This document shows, one piece after another, positions 16,385-30,676 of a stretch of 64,000 nt of DNA. The notes beneath the pieces are model-generated. The model was not told the DNA's origin, ran no database searches, and saw nothing but the letters and a program-made list of their open reading frames with translations. How positions within the stretch are numbered: position 1 is the first letter of the stretch; each line of letters opens with the position of its first letter. This DNA comes from the human T2T-CHM13v2.0 reference genome, Homo sapiens, in the NCBI RefSeq assembly GCF_009914755.1, contig NC_060929.1; one strand, 5' to 3'. Both the position numbers and the translations under genes were made by a program.

Positions 16385-16678
16385 TTCTTTTTCTTTTTGT
16401 TTGAGACAGGATCTCACTCTGTCACCCAAGCCGGAGTGCAGCAGCAAAATCATGGGTTACTGAAGCCTTGACTGCCCAGGCTCAAGCGATCTCCCACCTC
16501 AGCCTCTTGAGTAGCTGAGACTACAGGTGTGTGCCACCATGCCTAGCTAATTTTTAGTTTTTTTTGTAGAGATGGGATTCCACTATATGTCTGGCCTCAA
16601 ACTCCTAGCTTCAAGTGTTCCTCCCACCTTGGCCTCCCAAAGTGCTAAGATTACAGACATGAGCCACCATTCCCAGTC
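16385..16678 (-). mobile_element. AluJ
   Basis: Reverse Alu with ggctcaagcgatctcccacctcagcc; diverged. Confidence 0.93.
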
Positions 16679-17237
16679 AGAAAACTTTAATATTTTGAAA
16701 TTTTAATTAAATGTTACTGAGTATTTTATAAAGATAAAACTATTTCCAGTTATAGAATTCAACCTCCATTTGGTTGCCAATTTAAAGAACAGATGTCACG
16801 CTTCTACATATATGTCTAGACAAATATCTGTATGTATGTATGTGCTTGTATCTATATGTATAAATTAAAGAGTAATATAAACTATTTAATATTGCAAAAC
16901 GTTCTAAGCTACCATGTGCAGTACCTTGTGAACCAGGGCTCGGAACTCAACTGGAACATGAAGAGAAGTAAGAAAGTGGATGCTTAGCACTGCTGGAAAC
17001 AAGACTTCATAATACAAGAGTCTATTGCATTCATGCTGACAGGAAGGATTTGACAAGTTAATTAATTTGTCTTTTCTCTTACCTAAGCGCTTCAGCCACT
17101 TAAATTCCTCTGCACTCAAAAGCAGAGTCCATCTCTGAATCTAGTAGCGGCACAACCCACAAGTTTTCTCAGCACTGGGGTGCAGTCACCTTTTGTTTTG
17201 AGGACATAGGGCAAACCATATAGAAAAATGTGTCTTG

Positions 17238-17550
17238 GGCTGGGCATGGTGGCTCATGCCTATAATCCTAGCAATTTGGGAGCCCGAGGTGGGTGGATCG
17301 CTTGAGACCTGGAGTTCAAGACCAGTCTGGGTAACATGGTCAAACTCCATCTCTACAAATTTACCAAAAAAAAAAAAATTGCCAGGCATGGTGTTGCATG
17401 CCTGTAATCCCAGCACTTTGGGAGGCTATGATGGGAGGATCACTTGAGCCCAGGAAGTTGAGGCTGCAGCCAGCCAAGATGGCTCCACTGCACTCCAGCC
17501 TGAGTGAAAGAGCAAGACCCTGCCAAAAAAAAAAAGAAAAGATAAGAAAA
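17238..17550 (+). mobile_element. AluJ
   Basis: Dimeric Alu with gggaggatcacttgagcccagg, gaggctgcag. Confidence 0.93.
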
Positions 17551-18829
17551 GTAAAGTATGTCCTGGGGCCAAAAAGGTGTAAGTCACATGAGCTGATATT
17601 TAGGGGTTCGGGTGCCCTATGTCAGCACTGAGCACCAGATCCCAAGTGTTCCTTAAATTAGTGTGTTTGTTCACACGCATGTGTGTGTGACTGTAGGGCC
17701 CTCTAAAGTACAGGCCCCAGAACAAGGCCACCTCTTGCCTGGCTCTGTGTGCAGCACAGCATGTGATGTTCACACACAGAAGGAGTTTAATAAATGTTGC
17801 TTTCACACCAACTAATGACACTGCCTCATAGACTCTGAAACTGTCCGCTACGTACTTTCCTGTTTGAGCCAGGCTATAGCTCAAGCTGCCCTCTATCTAT
17901 GTCCAAGTCTGGTTCAGCAGGCTCACATAGATGCTGCCATACTGTTAAAGTATTGAAATACCTCCATATTTGTTAAACAGTAGTTGTCCTAAACTCCAAG
18001 AGTGTCTCCCACCTCCACGTATCCCCTCCTTCCTTCCCTAAAGCCCCTTCCCAAGAACTCCACACAGACTCTCTCCAGCACTCTGCTTCAGTGCCTGAGT
18101 TCAATATTTTTTATATCATCCTTGTACATGTCTTATAGCAAGGCAGACAAGTACAGGTGAAAGAGAAAATGCATTAACACTGTGCGCACTTGTATCAAAT
18201 AAATATATTTTAGAAAGCATGATTACTTGATAGTATATTTCTGGATGCACCAACGTATCTGGATAATAGGAGAAGAGATGCCCTTTCATTGTAAGGTCGG
18301 CTGTTGAAATCTGATTCCAGGTCAGCTAGGAGAGCTATTTCCATACCAACAGATGTTCAGTGGCTTTTGACAAGTGAGTTGGTGGCCTTTATCCAGTTGC
18401 AAATACCCAGATGTCTAAATCACTATTCTAAGCTGATGTGTGATCTGATTAAGGTTCTTCTTGGGCTTTTTGGCTCAGAGTTCATAACCAAATGGGAGTG
18501 GAAACTGAGACAGTCTGTAACATATTCTGGTTCTAAGGTAACACTGAGTGCCTAAATGTGCTCAGCACTAACCCATTTTGCAGAAAAACCTAGAATTTAA
18601 TCTTCGTAAATTTTATTTTGGCACCTTTTAAAAAGCCTGCAACAAAATAATTGGTTATTAAATATAGCTGAAATCACTTGTTCTGATTTCCAAACCCCAA
18701 GTCAGTCTGACTGCTCCTAACCCCAGGTTGAGGGCAGCCTAGGATTTCTTCTAGAGCTTGGCCCAGTGTCCATAGTTCAGTTATTATGAAATGGATTCAG
18801 GCTTTATGTATTTTGACAATGTCTATGTT

Positions 18830-18990
18830 CAAAGGAAGATCCAAGTTTGGTGGGTCCTTAAGCTCATACAATTTGGAAGTCTCTCCTTTAGAAAAAGAGT
18901 ACGAAATTATAAATTTAAAATTGTTGGGGCTCCAACAGCTGCAGCTTAGTGCAGAGTAAGCCTTGGTAGCCTCATGGTAAGCCCACCTCT
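18830..18990 (-). mobile_element. MER53 (hAT MITE)
   Basis: gatccaagtttggtgggtccttaagctcatacaatttgg...agaaaaagagtacgaaattata...cctcatggtaagcccacctctg. Confidence 0.8.
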
Positions 18991-19599
18991 GTCTAGATGG
19001 CTTTTCCCTGTGTAGTAGACACCAGTGACCGTGGAGCTATCATCTTCTGTTCTTCTTCTTGTAGGTTGTTTTTCGCTGCTGCTGCCTACCTTAAAGGAAA
19101 TGCAAGCTGGGCAAAAATCTAGGTTTATGTAGCAGGAGAAAATGGATTTTCTGTCATTTAAAAGAGATCTGACTAATGGGCCACTCCTGCATAAAGTCTT
19201 GATAAAATGTAAGCTGTGTGGCCATACGAAAAAAGGGTAGAATTTGGGCCGCTTTCTTCAAACTTAAAATGGGGATAGCTGGGACTCATATCTGAAAAGC
19301 TCTTTCAAATCAACGCTGCGGTGAAAACCCCTGTATATTTTAGGATGGTAAAGGATGGGGAACAGGCAGGTTATTGTACAGTGAATTCCTTCCCTCCCTT
19401 ATTGCAGCAGGCAAAGCAGAAGCTGCGGGTGGGGACTGACATTATCACAGCCTCCCTCAGAAATTTTAGGTGAGATGTTGTTTCTGAAGGTTGATTTCTA
19501 CTTGGTCTTAAAAAGAAATACTATCATTACAATCTTCCTCTTTCTAGGTTTATGGGAGATGATGGTTTTGAGAGTCAAGGGGAGACTCCACTGGGGCAG

Positions 19600-20443
19600 T
19601 GTGACATTATAAACAATATATGTTTGATCTCAGCCCCTGGTTCCCGGCAGAGAGCTCCCAAAGCCATGTTTTTTCCTAAGTAACATGGATATTAGGAGCA
19701 TTTTTTATTCTAATATTTGGTCTTTGACATTTTGGTCTTTGAGCTCCTACATCCCTTGGAATTTCCTGGGTGATAGGAGTGCCTTTTGTCGAATGAAGTA
19801 ACTCTTGGTGGGCTCCTGGAAAGCTTCGGGATGGAGACTGGTCACTAGAAAATCCAAACCATGATTAGAAGCTTGAAACTTACAGCTGCATTCCCCATCC
19901 TCAGGGAAGGGGAGAGAGGCTAGAGACTGAGTTGATAATCGATCATGCCTATGTGATGAAGCCGCCATTAAAATCCCTAAAAGGTGGCATTTGGGGAGCT
20001 TCCAGGTTGGTGAAGGCATTCACATGCCAGGAGGGTAGCATAACTCAACTCCACAGGAACAGACACTCCTGTGGTTGGGATCCTTCCAGACCTCATCCTA
20101 TGTTCCTCTTCATCTGGCTGTTTGTTTGTATCCTTTCTTATATCTCTTAGAATAATAAACCAGTAAATATAAGTGTTTCTCTGAGTTCCCTGAGCTGTTA
20201 TAGGAAATTATCAAACCTGAGGAGGGGATCATGGGAACCTCTAATTTGTAGCCAAGTTGGACAGAAGTATGAGCAACCGGGGGACCCACTGCTTGTGATT
20301 GACCCCTGAAGTGGTGGCAGTCTTGTGAGACAGAGCCCTCTACCTGTGGAGTCCCCACTAACTCCAGGTAGTGTCAGAAGTGAATTGTCAGACACCCAGT
20401 TAGTATCTGGAGAGTTGGATAATTGGTTGGTGTAGAAAATCCC
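19600..20443 (+). mobile_element. MER21 (MER21B-like, ERVL) solo LTR
   Basis: cccttggaatttcctgggtgataggag, gatcatgcctatgtgatgaagcc, gagcttccaggttggtgaa, aataaaccagtaaatataagtgtttctctgagttc, gtgtcagaagtgaattg. Confidence 0.88.
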
Positions 20444-20930
20444 AAGCTCTTGCTGTCTGATTGTATTGTGAAGTACATTTTTGACCAGAATTGCAGACTT
20501 CTGATTCCCTCAGAACTGTTGGCAGACTATATCCCAAAGTGGAAGCCTGGGGCTGGGTTGATGGTAAGCAGGTCCAATGCTTACTTTCACAGAGCAGCAG
20601 ATACCTTCGCTCCTTTCAGGTTCAAGAGCAAGCTGGCTGTGAGGCTGTCATCTGTAGGGCGAACTCTTTCCCAGGCCTCCCCAGCCCCAGTCCAGTCCCT
20701 ATCATGAGCAACTGTTGGCTCACTGATGAGGTCTGAGGCCTTACGAGAGGGATGTAATCAGACTTTAATGAGTCAGCAGGGAAGAGCTACGGAGGTAAAT
20801 TGCTCAACTTCACTCTCCTTCCACCTTCACGTCTTCCCATCCTCTCATTGATCTCACAAAGCAAATGATGCTGCAGCTTCCTGTGGAAGTGGGATGGCAA
20901 AGGAATCCACTGGAGCAGCCACACAGGTCA

Positions 20931-21426
<496 letters not shown>

Positions 21427-21670
21427 TTAATGTCAGGCTTCTGTGACCTGCAGCCAAGTGAAATTCAGACACACTGCCAGTCTCCAATCAGATATACTGA
21501 ATTATTAAGTAATTTTCTGCTCCTTTCAATGTACTAAACAATATGCATCATTTTGGAATAATTTGAATTAATGTTAGATACATCATAAAAGAGATTCATT
21601 CAGATTCATTTTTAAAATTTAAAATTACCATAATTTAATTGACACAGTAGAAACAAGCTGAAAGTCAATA

Positions 21671-22009
21671 TTTTTCTTTCCTTCCTTTTTTTTTTTTCAG
21701 ATGGGGTCTTGCTGTGTTGCCCAGACTGGAGTACAATGGCATGATCACAGCTCACTGTAGCCTTGACTTCCTGAGCTCAAGCGATCCTTCCACCTCAGCC
21801 TCCTGACTAGCTGAGACCACAGGTGCATGCCACCATACCCAGCTTGTTTTTTTCTTTTCTTTTCTTTCTTTTTCTTTTTTTTTTTTTTTTGTAGAGAGGG
21901 GATCTCGCTATGTTGCCTAGGCTGGTCTCAAATTTCTGGGCAAAAGTGATCCTCCCATCTTGGCTCCCCAAAGTGCTAGAATTACAGGCATGAGCCACCA
22001 TGCCCAGTC
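21671..22009 (-). mobile_element. AluJ with expanded central A-rich linker
   Basis: Reverse AluJ; ~45 nt T-rich linker at 21845-21890; TSD aaagtcaat. Confidence 0.94.
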
Positions 22010-23091
22010 TAAAAGTCAATCATTTTTCTTTTATCTTCATATTACTTGACAGACAACCCAAAGTTTTTCTTCATTTTTCTGGCCCATTTACAATAGCTCA
22101 GTTTGGGAATAAATAAGGTCAAATTTGTAAAGGACTATCACTTAAAAGATACACTTTTCAAATAAAAAAATTTGATTTCTAATGTACCAACTTGTAAAAA
22201 GACTTGATACCTGAAAAATAATTACAAAAATATGGCAAGAAATAGAATGACACCACAATTACTCTTGTGATTAAGTCAAGTCTGTCTCAAAGACAAAAGG
22301 AAACAGCTTTATCATAGCTGCAAAAACAAGAAAAGATAGCATATCATAGGTTAAATTGGTATCTATTTATTTTTCTATTAGTATGACACATTAGATATTA
22401 CTGAAAAGCCATACAACTTTTTGGTACCATCTAAAATGTTTAGATATTAATATTTTGACTATACTAGAGAAGTTTACCACTTAAAGGAATTCTACTGGTG
22501 AAATTTTGGGCAACAAAAATAATTAACTTTGAATGTAATTGCTTTATAAAATTGACTTCTTTTTATGAACTTCTTATGGAGCAACTGACAGGGATAAACC
22601 TGTGGTTTGTGACCAATCAGAGCCCTTAGTTAGAGGACTGTGAAAGACTGCATACCTCTTTATAGGCCAGTTAGCATCTGTCAGTCTCGTAGTCACCAGG
22701 GGCCTATTTAATTGCATCTTTAAACTCTAAACTGTGGCTGTCTACGCTCAGAAAAATGAGGTATGGATGGGGTGACAGCACTTCAAGTGGTGGGGCAGGG
22801 GCAGGATCTGCGTGTGTCAGGGGCATTCAAGGGAGGTGCAGACAGAAAGACTCCCCATGCCCATGGCCCTTGGGCTCAGAAACTGATGAAACTGGGTTGA
22901 CCTAACACTACACTTTAACAACATGAAATTTCCCCTGGAATTCTTATTGTATTATTTTGTGCAAACCTTGTTAGGCAGATCAGATTTCACTTCATAAAAT
23001 GTCTCTTAAGGGATATCTGGCAAACAATGTAGCTTTGGTTGCCCTCTCAATGTAGCCAAGTGTGGAAAAGATACTATCTTTGGTCACCAAT

Positions 23092-23474
23092 TGTATTAGT
23101 CTATTCTCACACTGCTATAAAGAACTGCCTGAGACTGGGTAATTTAGAAAGGAAACAGGCTTAATTGACACATAGTTCCACATGTCTGGGGAGGCCTCAG
23201 GAAACTTACAATCATGTCGGATGGCAAAAGGGAAGCCAGGCACCTTCTTTACAAGGTGGTTGGAGGGCGAATGAATGCAGGAGGAACTATCAAACACTTA
23301 TAAAACCATCAGATCTCATGAGAACTCACTATCATGAGAATTGCATGGGGGAAACCACCCCCATGATTCAATTACCTCCATCTGGTCTCTCTCTTATCAC
23401 ACAGGGAATATGGGGATAATGGGAATAACAATTCAAGATGAGATTTTGGCTGGGGTAACAGCCAAACCCTATCA
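23092..23474 (-). mobile_element. THE1D-like solo LTR (ERVL-MaLR)
   Basis: tgtattagtctattctcacactgctataaag...gaggcctcaggaaacttacaatcatg...agccaaaccctatca; perfect 5-bp TSD ccaat. Confidence 0.93.
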
Positions 23475-23539
23475 CCAATCTTTCTCTTAGAGATATTGTT
23501 TGGGCCAAGGTTATACAGGAAAGACTGACTAGCTGTTCA

Positions 23540-23918
23540 TCAGACTATTTATTTTTCTTCCTCTGTGCCCAGCTAGACTATTATTCCCAGCTTCCCTTGG
23601 AGTTAGGTGCAGCCATGTGATAAATTTTGCCCAATGTAATGTGGGCAGAAGCCATGTATACGTTAGGCCTCCCTTCCCTCTGTTTTCTTTGTATGTCAGC
23701 CCAACATGAAGATCAAACAGAGGACTCTGAAATGGAGCCACTAGCTGCAAGGAGCCTGGGTCTCTGAAAAACCCTGTGGAGCAGAGTCTCCCTGTCTACC
23801 CTTATTGAGCTCTGATGTAAACTAGAAAGACAAACAAACAACAAAACCCATAGATGTGTTACACCACTAAGATTTTAGGACTATTTGTTACAGCAATTAA
23901 CTCACCTTGATTAATACA
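23540..23918 (+). mobile_element. MLT1-family LTR
   Basis: ttcccagcttcccttggagttaggtgcagccatgtga...aaggagcctgggtctctga...ccactaagattttaggactatttgttacagca...taataca. Confidence 0.8.
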
Positions 23919-25154
23919 TCTTATGATCTTTATATGAAAAAAATGCTATTATAATTATCTTCTCAGTTTATACATACAAATGAAAATAAAGGCACAAGAG
24001 ATGTGCTGATCATTACAGGAAAAGTCTAGAAAATGCCTGTTCCTTAATGACTTTAACAGATGTTAGCATTTAGTTCTATAGTCTTATAAATAGCAGACTT
24101 CATTTTTGGTGGATAAATGTCATAAAAACTTAGGGCTAAGTATTTATTTCGTTTGTTTCCTTCACCTTGAATCCATTTTTGAAAACCTTTCAGTTTTCAG
24201 AAAGTTATTCACTGACCAAATGATCACATCAATATGTCAGAATAAAAGGAGGGGTGCCCTGTCACTCCTCCTTAAGGAGGGAAAAAAAATGCATATGGAG
24301 TTTCTCATTATTTTAATTTTTTAAATCTAATCTTACCTTTTGTTACAATAAGAATAAATGCTTGTGCCATTGGCACATGCCCACAAGAAATGCTTTTCTG
24401 ATTGTTAAACACTAATTATTGCATGTATGCAATACTACCATGAATATGCTATTTTTAAAATATATGTTCAGTATATTCAGATAAACTCTCACTTGCATAA
24501 TTTCCTCTTGGAAATGGCTTATTCCATCTCAAAGTGTCTTTAGTCACCCCAATCCTGCATTATTCTATCTGACCAAATTAAGAATGTTTGGCTTGTAAGC
24601 ATAGCCTCCAGTTATTTTTCTCTTAGATGCTTTCAATATACTATTCAGAGATTAGTTTTCCCCACACAGAGTCATTGAATTCAGTCATCTCAAAATAGGT
24701 AAAACAAAGCAGTATGGATCAGCTCCAGGTTCAATGGTCACACTATAGGAACACAATTCATTTGTTAATTAAATCCACACTAGCTACACCACTGCCTCCT
24801 GCTAGCTTCAAATTTCTGTTTGTGGGCACTCTCAGTTTGTCTAAGGAATGGAAATAAAACACACCTCCCTCTGCTGTTGCTAAATAGTCTTCCTTGGATC
24901 TTTTCTCCCATGCCTACTTTTTAAATGTTTGTTTGTAGATTAATCTAGTGGAATTTTTCTGAATGTCAACTCCTCCATTTGTTTCCCAAAAAATTTAAAA
25001 ACATTAAATCAATAATTTCATTTGATAGTAACACCAGTCTAGTGATAATAACCACCAACTACCACTTTATGGTTCTACCCAGAACCTGCAGAGATCAACC
25101 TACTTTGAACACAAACTTGTAGACAGATTTTGTACTGGATATGGCTCAAGTCTG

Positions 25155-25550
25155 TGCAATAGTGAGCTCTTCGAAGCCAGGGACTGTATCTATTTAGTTT
25201 TTTGATGTATACCAGCACCTGGTACAGTCCCTAGAACACAAAAATTTCTCAAAAAATGTTTTGTTGAAAGAGGGAAGTATCAAGAGATAAGGCTGGAAAA
25301 CTTTATAGGTCATGTAAAATACTTGGACTTCATCCTGGAGAAATTAGTAATTTTAAGTAAGGGAGGTACACAAACAAATGTTTATCCCTAGAGAGCTCCT
25401 TCTGGAAGCATCTGCTAGATGCACTGGACCCTAAACTATGTAGGGGAGGGGACACTGCCTGTCTTCTTCATTGTGGGATCCCCAGTACTGAACACAGTCC
25501 CTGGGACATCGAAACTACTCAAGATATATCCACTGAATGAATAAATAAAG
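25155..25550. mobile_element. Cluster of L2 fragments (two plus-strand 3' ends around a minus fragment)
   Basis: gtgagctcttcgaagccagggactgtatct...tgttttgttgaa; ggggacactgcctgtcttcttcattg...tgaatgaataaata. Confidence 0.65.
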
Positions 25551-27489
25551 AGTCCATGAAGCTAATCGCTAAACCTTCCAGAAGAATAGAAAATATTCCA
25601 GGACCTCATGGAGAATTGTGAGCTCCTCAAGTTTTGCCTTGTGATTTGATTTATGAGCTACTAGCATGTCCTTGACCCATCTGAACTTCCAAGAAATTCA
25701 TCAGAGCAGAAGGAGACGTCACCCTGACCTGGAGAAACCTGACCTGATCTGTTTACTCCAACCTACACGTATCCTTTGGGGCTAAACTGGAATCAATTAA
25801 CTCCCTAAGATATAGAGAAGAATAAGCCATCCTCCTTGAGAACATTTACCCAAGAGACATTTCCAGGATGCCCAGATGTCCTCTTCAGTTCATTCCCAAA
25901 GTAACTGCTCCCAAGGAAGGTTACCAACCATACCACCCGCAGCTAATTTTATGGTTGATAAACATGTTTCAACCTTGAGCTCCTAGATAATGTGTTTCTA
26001 TGGGTCAACTGGGCAGCCTCGGGAGTGCTGACCTTTGAAATGTGGGCATCACAATCTGATACGTGAGATGGTTTAGTGCCTCTGGCGTCCACATAGCTCC
26101 ATAAGTCCTGCTTCTCACAAAGCCGCCTCCCCTGCTAACCCTGACTGTTCCCAAATATAAATGAGAAAATTAAACATTTACCTCAATGAGAAAATAGCGC
26201 TCTCTCATTGACACTTCCTCACACCTCACCAATGTGATTTAGTTATAGTTTTTAGTAGCTGTTTTTACATTTTTAATTATTTTGTAGTGTTAAAATATGT
26301 AATAATGGATAACTGTGCAATACATTAAATACTTATGGGTATGTTGTGCCTTCTGTTATAATATAAAATCCATCTATTCTGGTTGATGGGTTTTAACCTC
26401 ACACAGAATACTTTAAACTCCATTTGGACTTGTGCCTACAATCACCTTAGCAAAGTCTCTTAAGTAACTGCGCACAGCCTAATTAGTATGCATTATCAAT
26501 TAACAAACTTAATAGCCGGCAGATTGATTAGATCCTCTGTTGCAGGGGCAGAGCTGAAGCGAAACAGAATGAAAAATCATTGCACGCATACACTGCAGCT
26601 TTGTTATTTTCTCAGATCCCCTCCTCCTCCTTCACATTCCTTTAATTAATGCATGCATATGGTTCTGCATATCTGGTGAACCCGAGTTTTCCTAACACTT
26701 TCAAAAAGCCCTTTCTTAAACAGAGGGAGTCCATGCCTCCCTTTTCTTTGGAGGCTTCTGTACAGATCATTTTCACCCCTTTTCTTGCCCTTTGCATAGC
26801 ACTGAATTTTAAAGGGCTGCTTCTCCCAGCCTGATTATCCTCCCGGTGGTGGAAATGGGAGAGGAATACAAAGATGAGTGGGAAGCGTGTGCTTTTTAAC
26901 ACAGAGGACCGCTAGGGAGTCGCATCGGTGGGGCTTTGACAACCGTAAAGCGCTTCTGGCAATTATTTCCAAAAAGAATGGTACAAATGGACTGTCCTGT
27001 TACATCTTGTCTCTTTTTGATGGACTGGAAACAATATGAATAAATGAAGGAAAATCCACATTTCTCGAAAGCAGAGATCAAGCTAAAAGGAATTGCCACC
27101 TGCACTGTTCATAAAACACTGGCATTATAAGAATTTTACACCTTCTATAAACATTCAACACAGAACGCTAAAAAGACTTCCGAAGGCATTTCCAACACCA
27201 TAAATTGCCGCCTTGCAGTGCTGGTTTGAGTTTTATTTTTCTATTTTAAACTAAATAATGGTTCGTGCCAGTTTTTTAATTTATCAGCTGTTCTCAGATA
27301 CCATATCTTTTGGTTTCTATGCGGGAAGAGTTATAATTAGGTATGGAGGAAGCACGGAGAAGCTTTAATTTCCAGTTTTGAGGATGCCCGAATGCTTGTG
27401 TTTTATTGGCTGTTCTCTCCAAACTCATATCAGGGATAACCCCAGGAACCGCAGGTCTAGACTAGTCTCTCCTGATGGTTCTTGGAAAG

Positions 27490-28005
27490 AAAGGCCCTGC
27501 CTTCCTCTCTGACCTCAGCTCCTGCAAGCTCCCCTTTGACCCCATCGCTCCAGCCATGCTGGCCTTTCTCATTCCTCCTGGAACACGGAGTTCATTCCTC
27601 TCACTTGCTTCCTTCTCCATGGGAGGCTCATTCCTAGCCATCCTATGGCTTGCTTTTTCTTATCATGTCGGTCTCCGCTCAAATGTCACCTCGCAAGAGA
27701 AGTCTTCCTTGACCACCCACTCTGAAGTAATGCCGACCTGCTTGCCCAACCATCAGTACTTTCCTTCATCCTATCATATGGATGTCATGATTCTTGTGGG
27801 GGATGAAGACATTAAATAAAGAAGCAAATGGTTGTATTATCTTACCCGTTTGCCTCTTTATTTACTGTCTTCATACCCTGTAAGAATGCAAGCTTCCCAA
27901 TAGCAAGGACCTCATCTGTTTACTTGTGGTGTTTGACTTCAACACTGAGCACAGCACCTGGGACATTTAGAAGCTTAATGAATATTTGTTGAATGAAAAT
28001 ATGAT
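27490..28005 (+). mobile_element. L2 3' region
   Basis: gctccagccatgctggccttt...gctcaaatgtcacctc...ccttgaccaccc...agaatgcaagcttccc...aatatttgttgaatgaa. Confidence 0.82.
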
Positions 28006-28104
28006 TGGATAAATGAGTGGGGAATGAGAAGGAAATGGACATTCGTGTGTATGAGTGAGGGAGAAGAGAAAGGGGGTCAAGACTGAACCCAGAATTATAC
28101 CAAA

Positions 28105-28982
28105 TTCACAAAATAAGCCGATAGGTAAATGATTTGAAGAGACATTTCTACAAAGCAGATGTACAAACGACCAATAAGCACGTAAAGAGATGCTCACCAT
28201 TAGCCACTAGAGAAAGCAAACCAAAACCACAGTGAGATACCAGTTCACACCCACTAGGATGGCTAGAATTAGAAAAGCAGATCATCATAAGTGTTGCAGA
28301 GGATGTCAAGAAATTGGAATCTCCATATATGGCTAATGGGAATGGAAAATGGTGTATCCTCCATGGAAAATGCTCTGATAGTTCCTCAAAATGTTTAACA
28401 GAGTTACCACATGACCCAGTAATTCTACCCCAAGCTACATCCCCAAGAGAAATGAAAACATATGCCCACACAAAAACTTGTACATGAATGTTCATGGAGT
28501 TTTCATTCACAATAGCCAAAGAGTAGAAACAGCCCAAAAGTCTATAAACTGATAAATGGATACATAAAATGAATGTGGTATATCCAGAAAATGGATTATT
28601 ATTTGGCTATGAAAAGGAATGAAGTACTGATGTAAGGTTCATGAATAAACCTTAAAAACATTATCCTAAGTGAAAGAAGCCAGTCACACACACACACAAA
28701 AAAACCACATTGTTAGACTTCACTCATATAAAATGTCCAGAATAGGCCAATATAAAGAAACAGAGAATAGACCAGTACTTGCTTAGGACTTGGAGGAGAA
28801 GGAAATAAGGAAGGGTCTCAGGTTTCTCTCTGGGGTGATGAGAGTGTCATAAAATTGACTGTGGTGATGGTTGTACAACCATGTGAATATACTAAAGAAC
28901 ATTGAATAGTCTGCTTTAAATGGGTGAACTGTATGGTATGTGAATTACATGTCAATAAACTGATCTTGGAAAAAAAGAAAAA
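28105..28982 (+). mobile_element. L1MB ORF2 end and 3'UTR
   Basis: agacatttctacaaagcagatgtacaaacgaccaataagcac...aaaaccacagtgagatacca...cacacccactaggatggct...ggtatgtgaattacatgtcaataaa. Confidence 0.92.
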
Positions 28983-29182
28983 CCCCGTAAAGGTGATTGG
29001 AAAGGAATGGCCAGAGATATAAAGAGCACAGCATGTCACAGAATGTTTCATGAAGGAGGAGGTGGTCATCAGTGGCCAATTTGGTCAGAGAGCAAGTAAG
29101 ACAGAACCAAAAAGTGCCCAGCAGAGCTACAAGCAGGAAGGTGCTCAGTGACTTTGCAAGACTAACATGGACTGCAGGGAGC

Positions 29183-29480
29183 CATCTTAGTTTGAGTTCT
29201 CCAGAAACAGATTCTGAGGTAAAGAGTGCATTTGTTTACCACTAGGCCAGCTGTCAACCAGAGCTGAATCCCTCAAGGGACTCTGGAATGTGGTGTGAGT
29301 GCTTGCCTCAAAATTGTCCTGCCCAGGCAAGAAAGCTGGCGTATTTATACACCAACTCTGGAGTCACTGGTCAAGGCCTGTCCCCACAGTGTGAACTCTC
29401 TCTTCAGCACTTCCACTGCTGGGGCGGAATGGCCTTCTGTGGGCCAGGGAGCAGGTGCAGCCGGCTGGAAGTCACCAGAA
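29183..29480 (-). mobile_element. LTR16-family (ERVL) fragment
   Basis: tcttagtttgagttctccagaaacagattctgag...aagctggcgtatttatacaccaactc...tcactggtcaaggcctg. Confidence 0.65.
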
Positions 29481-30023
29481 AGCGCTAAAATTCCAAGAGA
29501 TGCAGAGAGGCGTGCATGTGTTGTACCAGGAGGGTTGGCTTGTTGTTTGAGGAGGAAGATTGGTCAAGGCTGGTAAGCAATGCAGAGCACAGATGCAAGG
29601 GCCAGAAGACTACTGTCCTCCGGTCTCACCAGGGAGGAGAGGCCAGAGGTTGGGGGAGGATGCAGGGGAGTGGGTGGGCTTGAGAAAAGAGGGAGACAGC
29701 TGCTGACATGAAGCTGGGGTGTCTTCTGCCTGCTGAGAGTTGGGGAGGTGGCAAGGTCAGAGGCTTGAGGTAAGTGAAGTGGGCCTCACTCAACTGGAGC
29801 CTGGCCTGCTCTGGGACAAATTGTTCAGGTTCCAAACTGACTCAGAGAACATTCCCCACCTCCTGCAGCCTGCCGTGATCCCATTATATCTCTGCTCACC
29901 TCCATTTGAGCCCTTTTGTTTCCCTTTCATGTATCCATCCACCAGCAATCTGTGGGCCCCAGAAAGGTGCCTGCCACAGCTCCATAATCCCAGTGTCAGC
30001 CTGCTCTCAGGAAACACTCTCAT

Positions 30024-30660
<637 letters not shown>

Positions 30661-30676
30661 TCCATCTAAGAATATA

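Larger units (their letters stand above)
15726..17745. mobile_element. Probable hAT-Tip100-type DNA transposon relic (MamRep4096/MamTip-like), interrupted by two Alus
   Basis: GC-rich ends atcatttgcaaggcctgcgggaagagtgcaattggaggcccatacaccata and gggccctctaaagtacaggccccagaacaaggccacctcttgcctgg around an AT-rich interior; family from memory. Confidence 0.45.

Noticed and set aside
19040-19070. Plus-strand acceptor-like tcttcttcttgtag (another at ~19548)
   Set aside because: No convincing partner donor or reading frame; such sites are common
26905-26925. CTCF-like ccgctagggagtcgc (similar partial matches at ~26075 and ~43585)
   Set aside because: Mismatches at core positions; expected by chance
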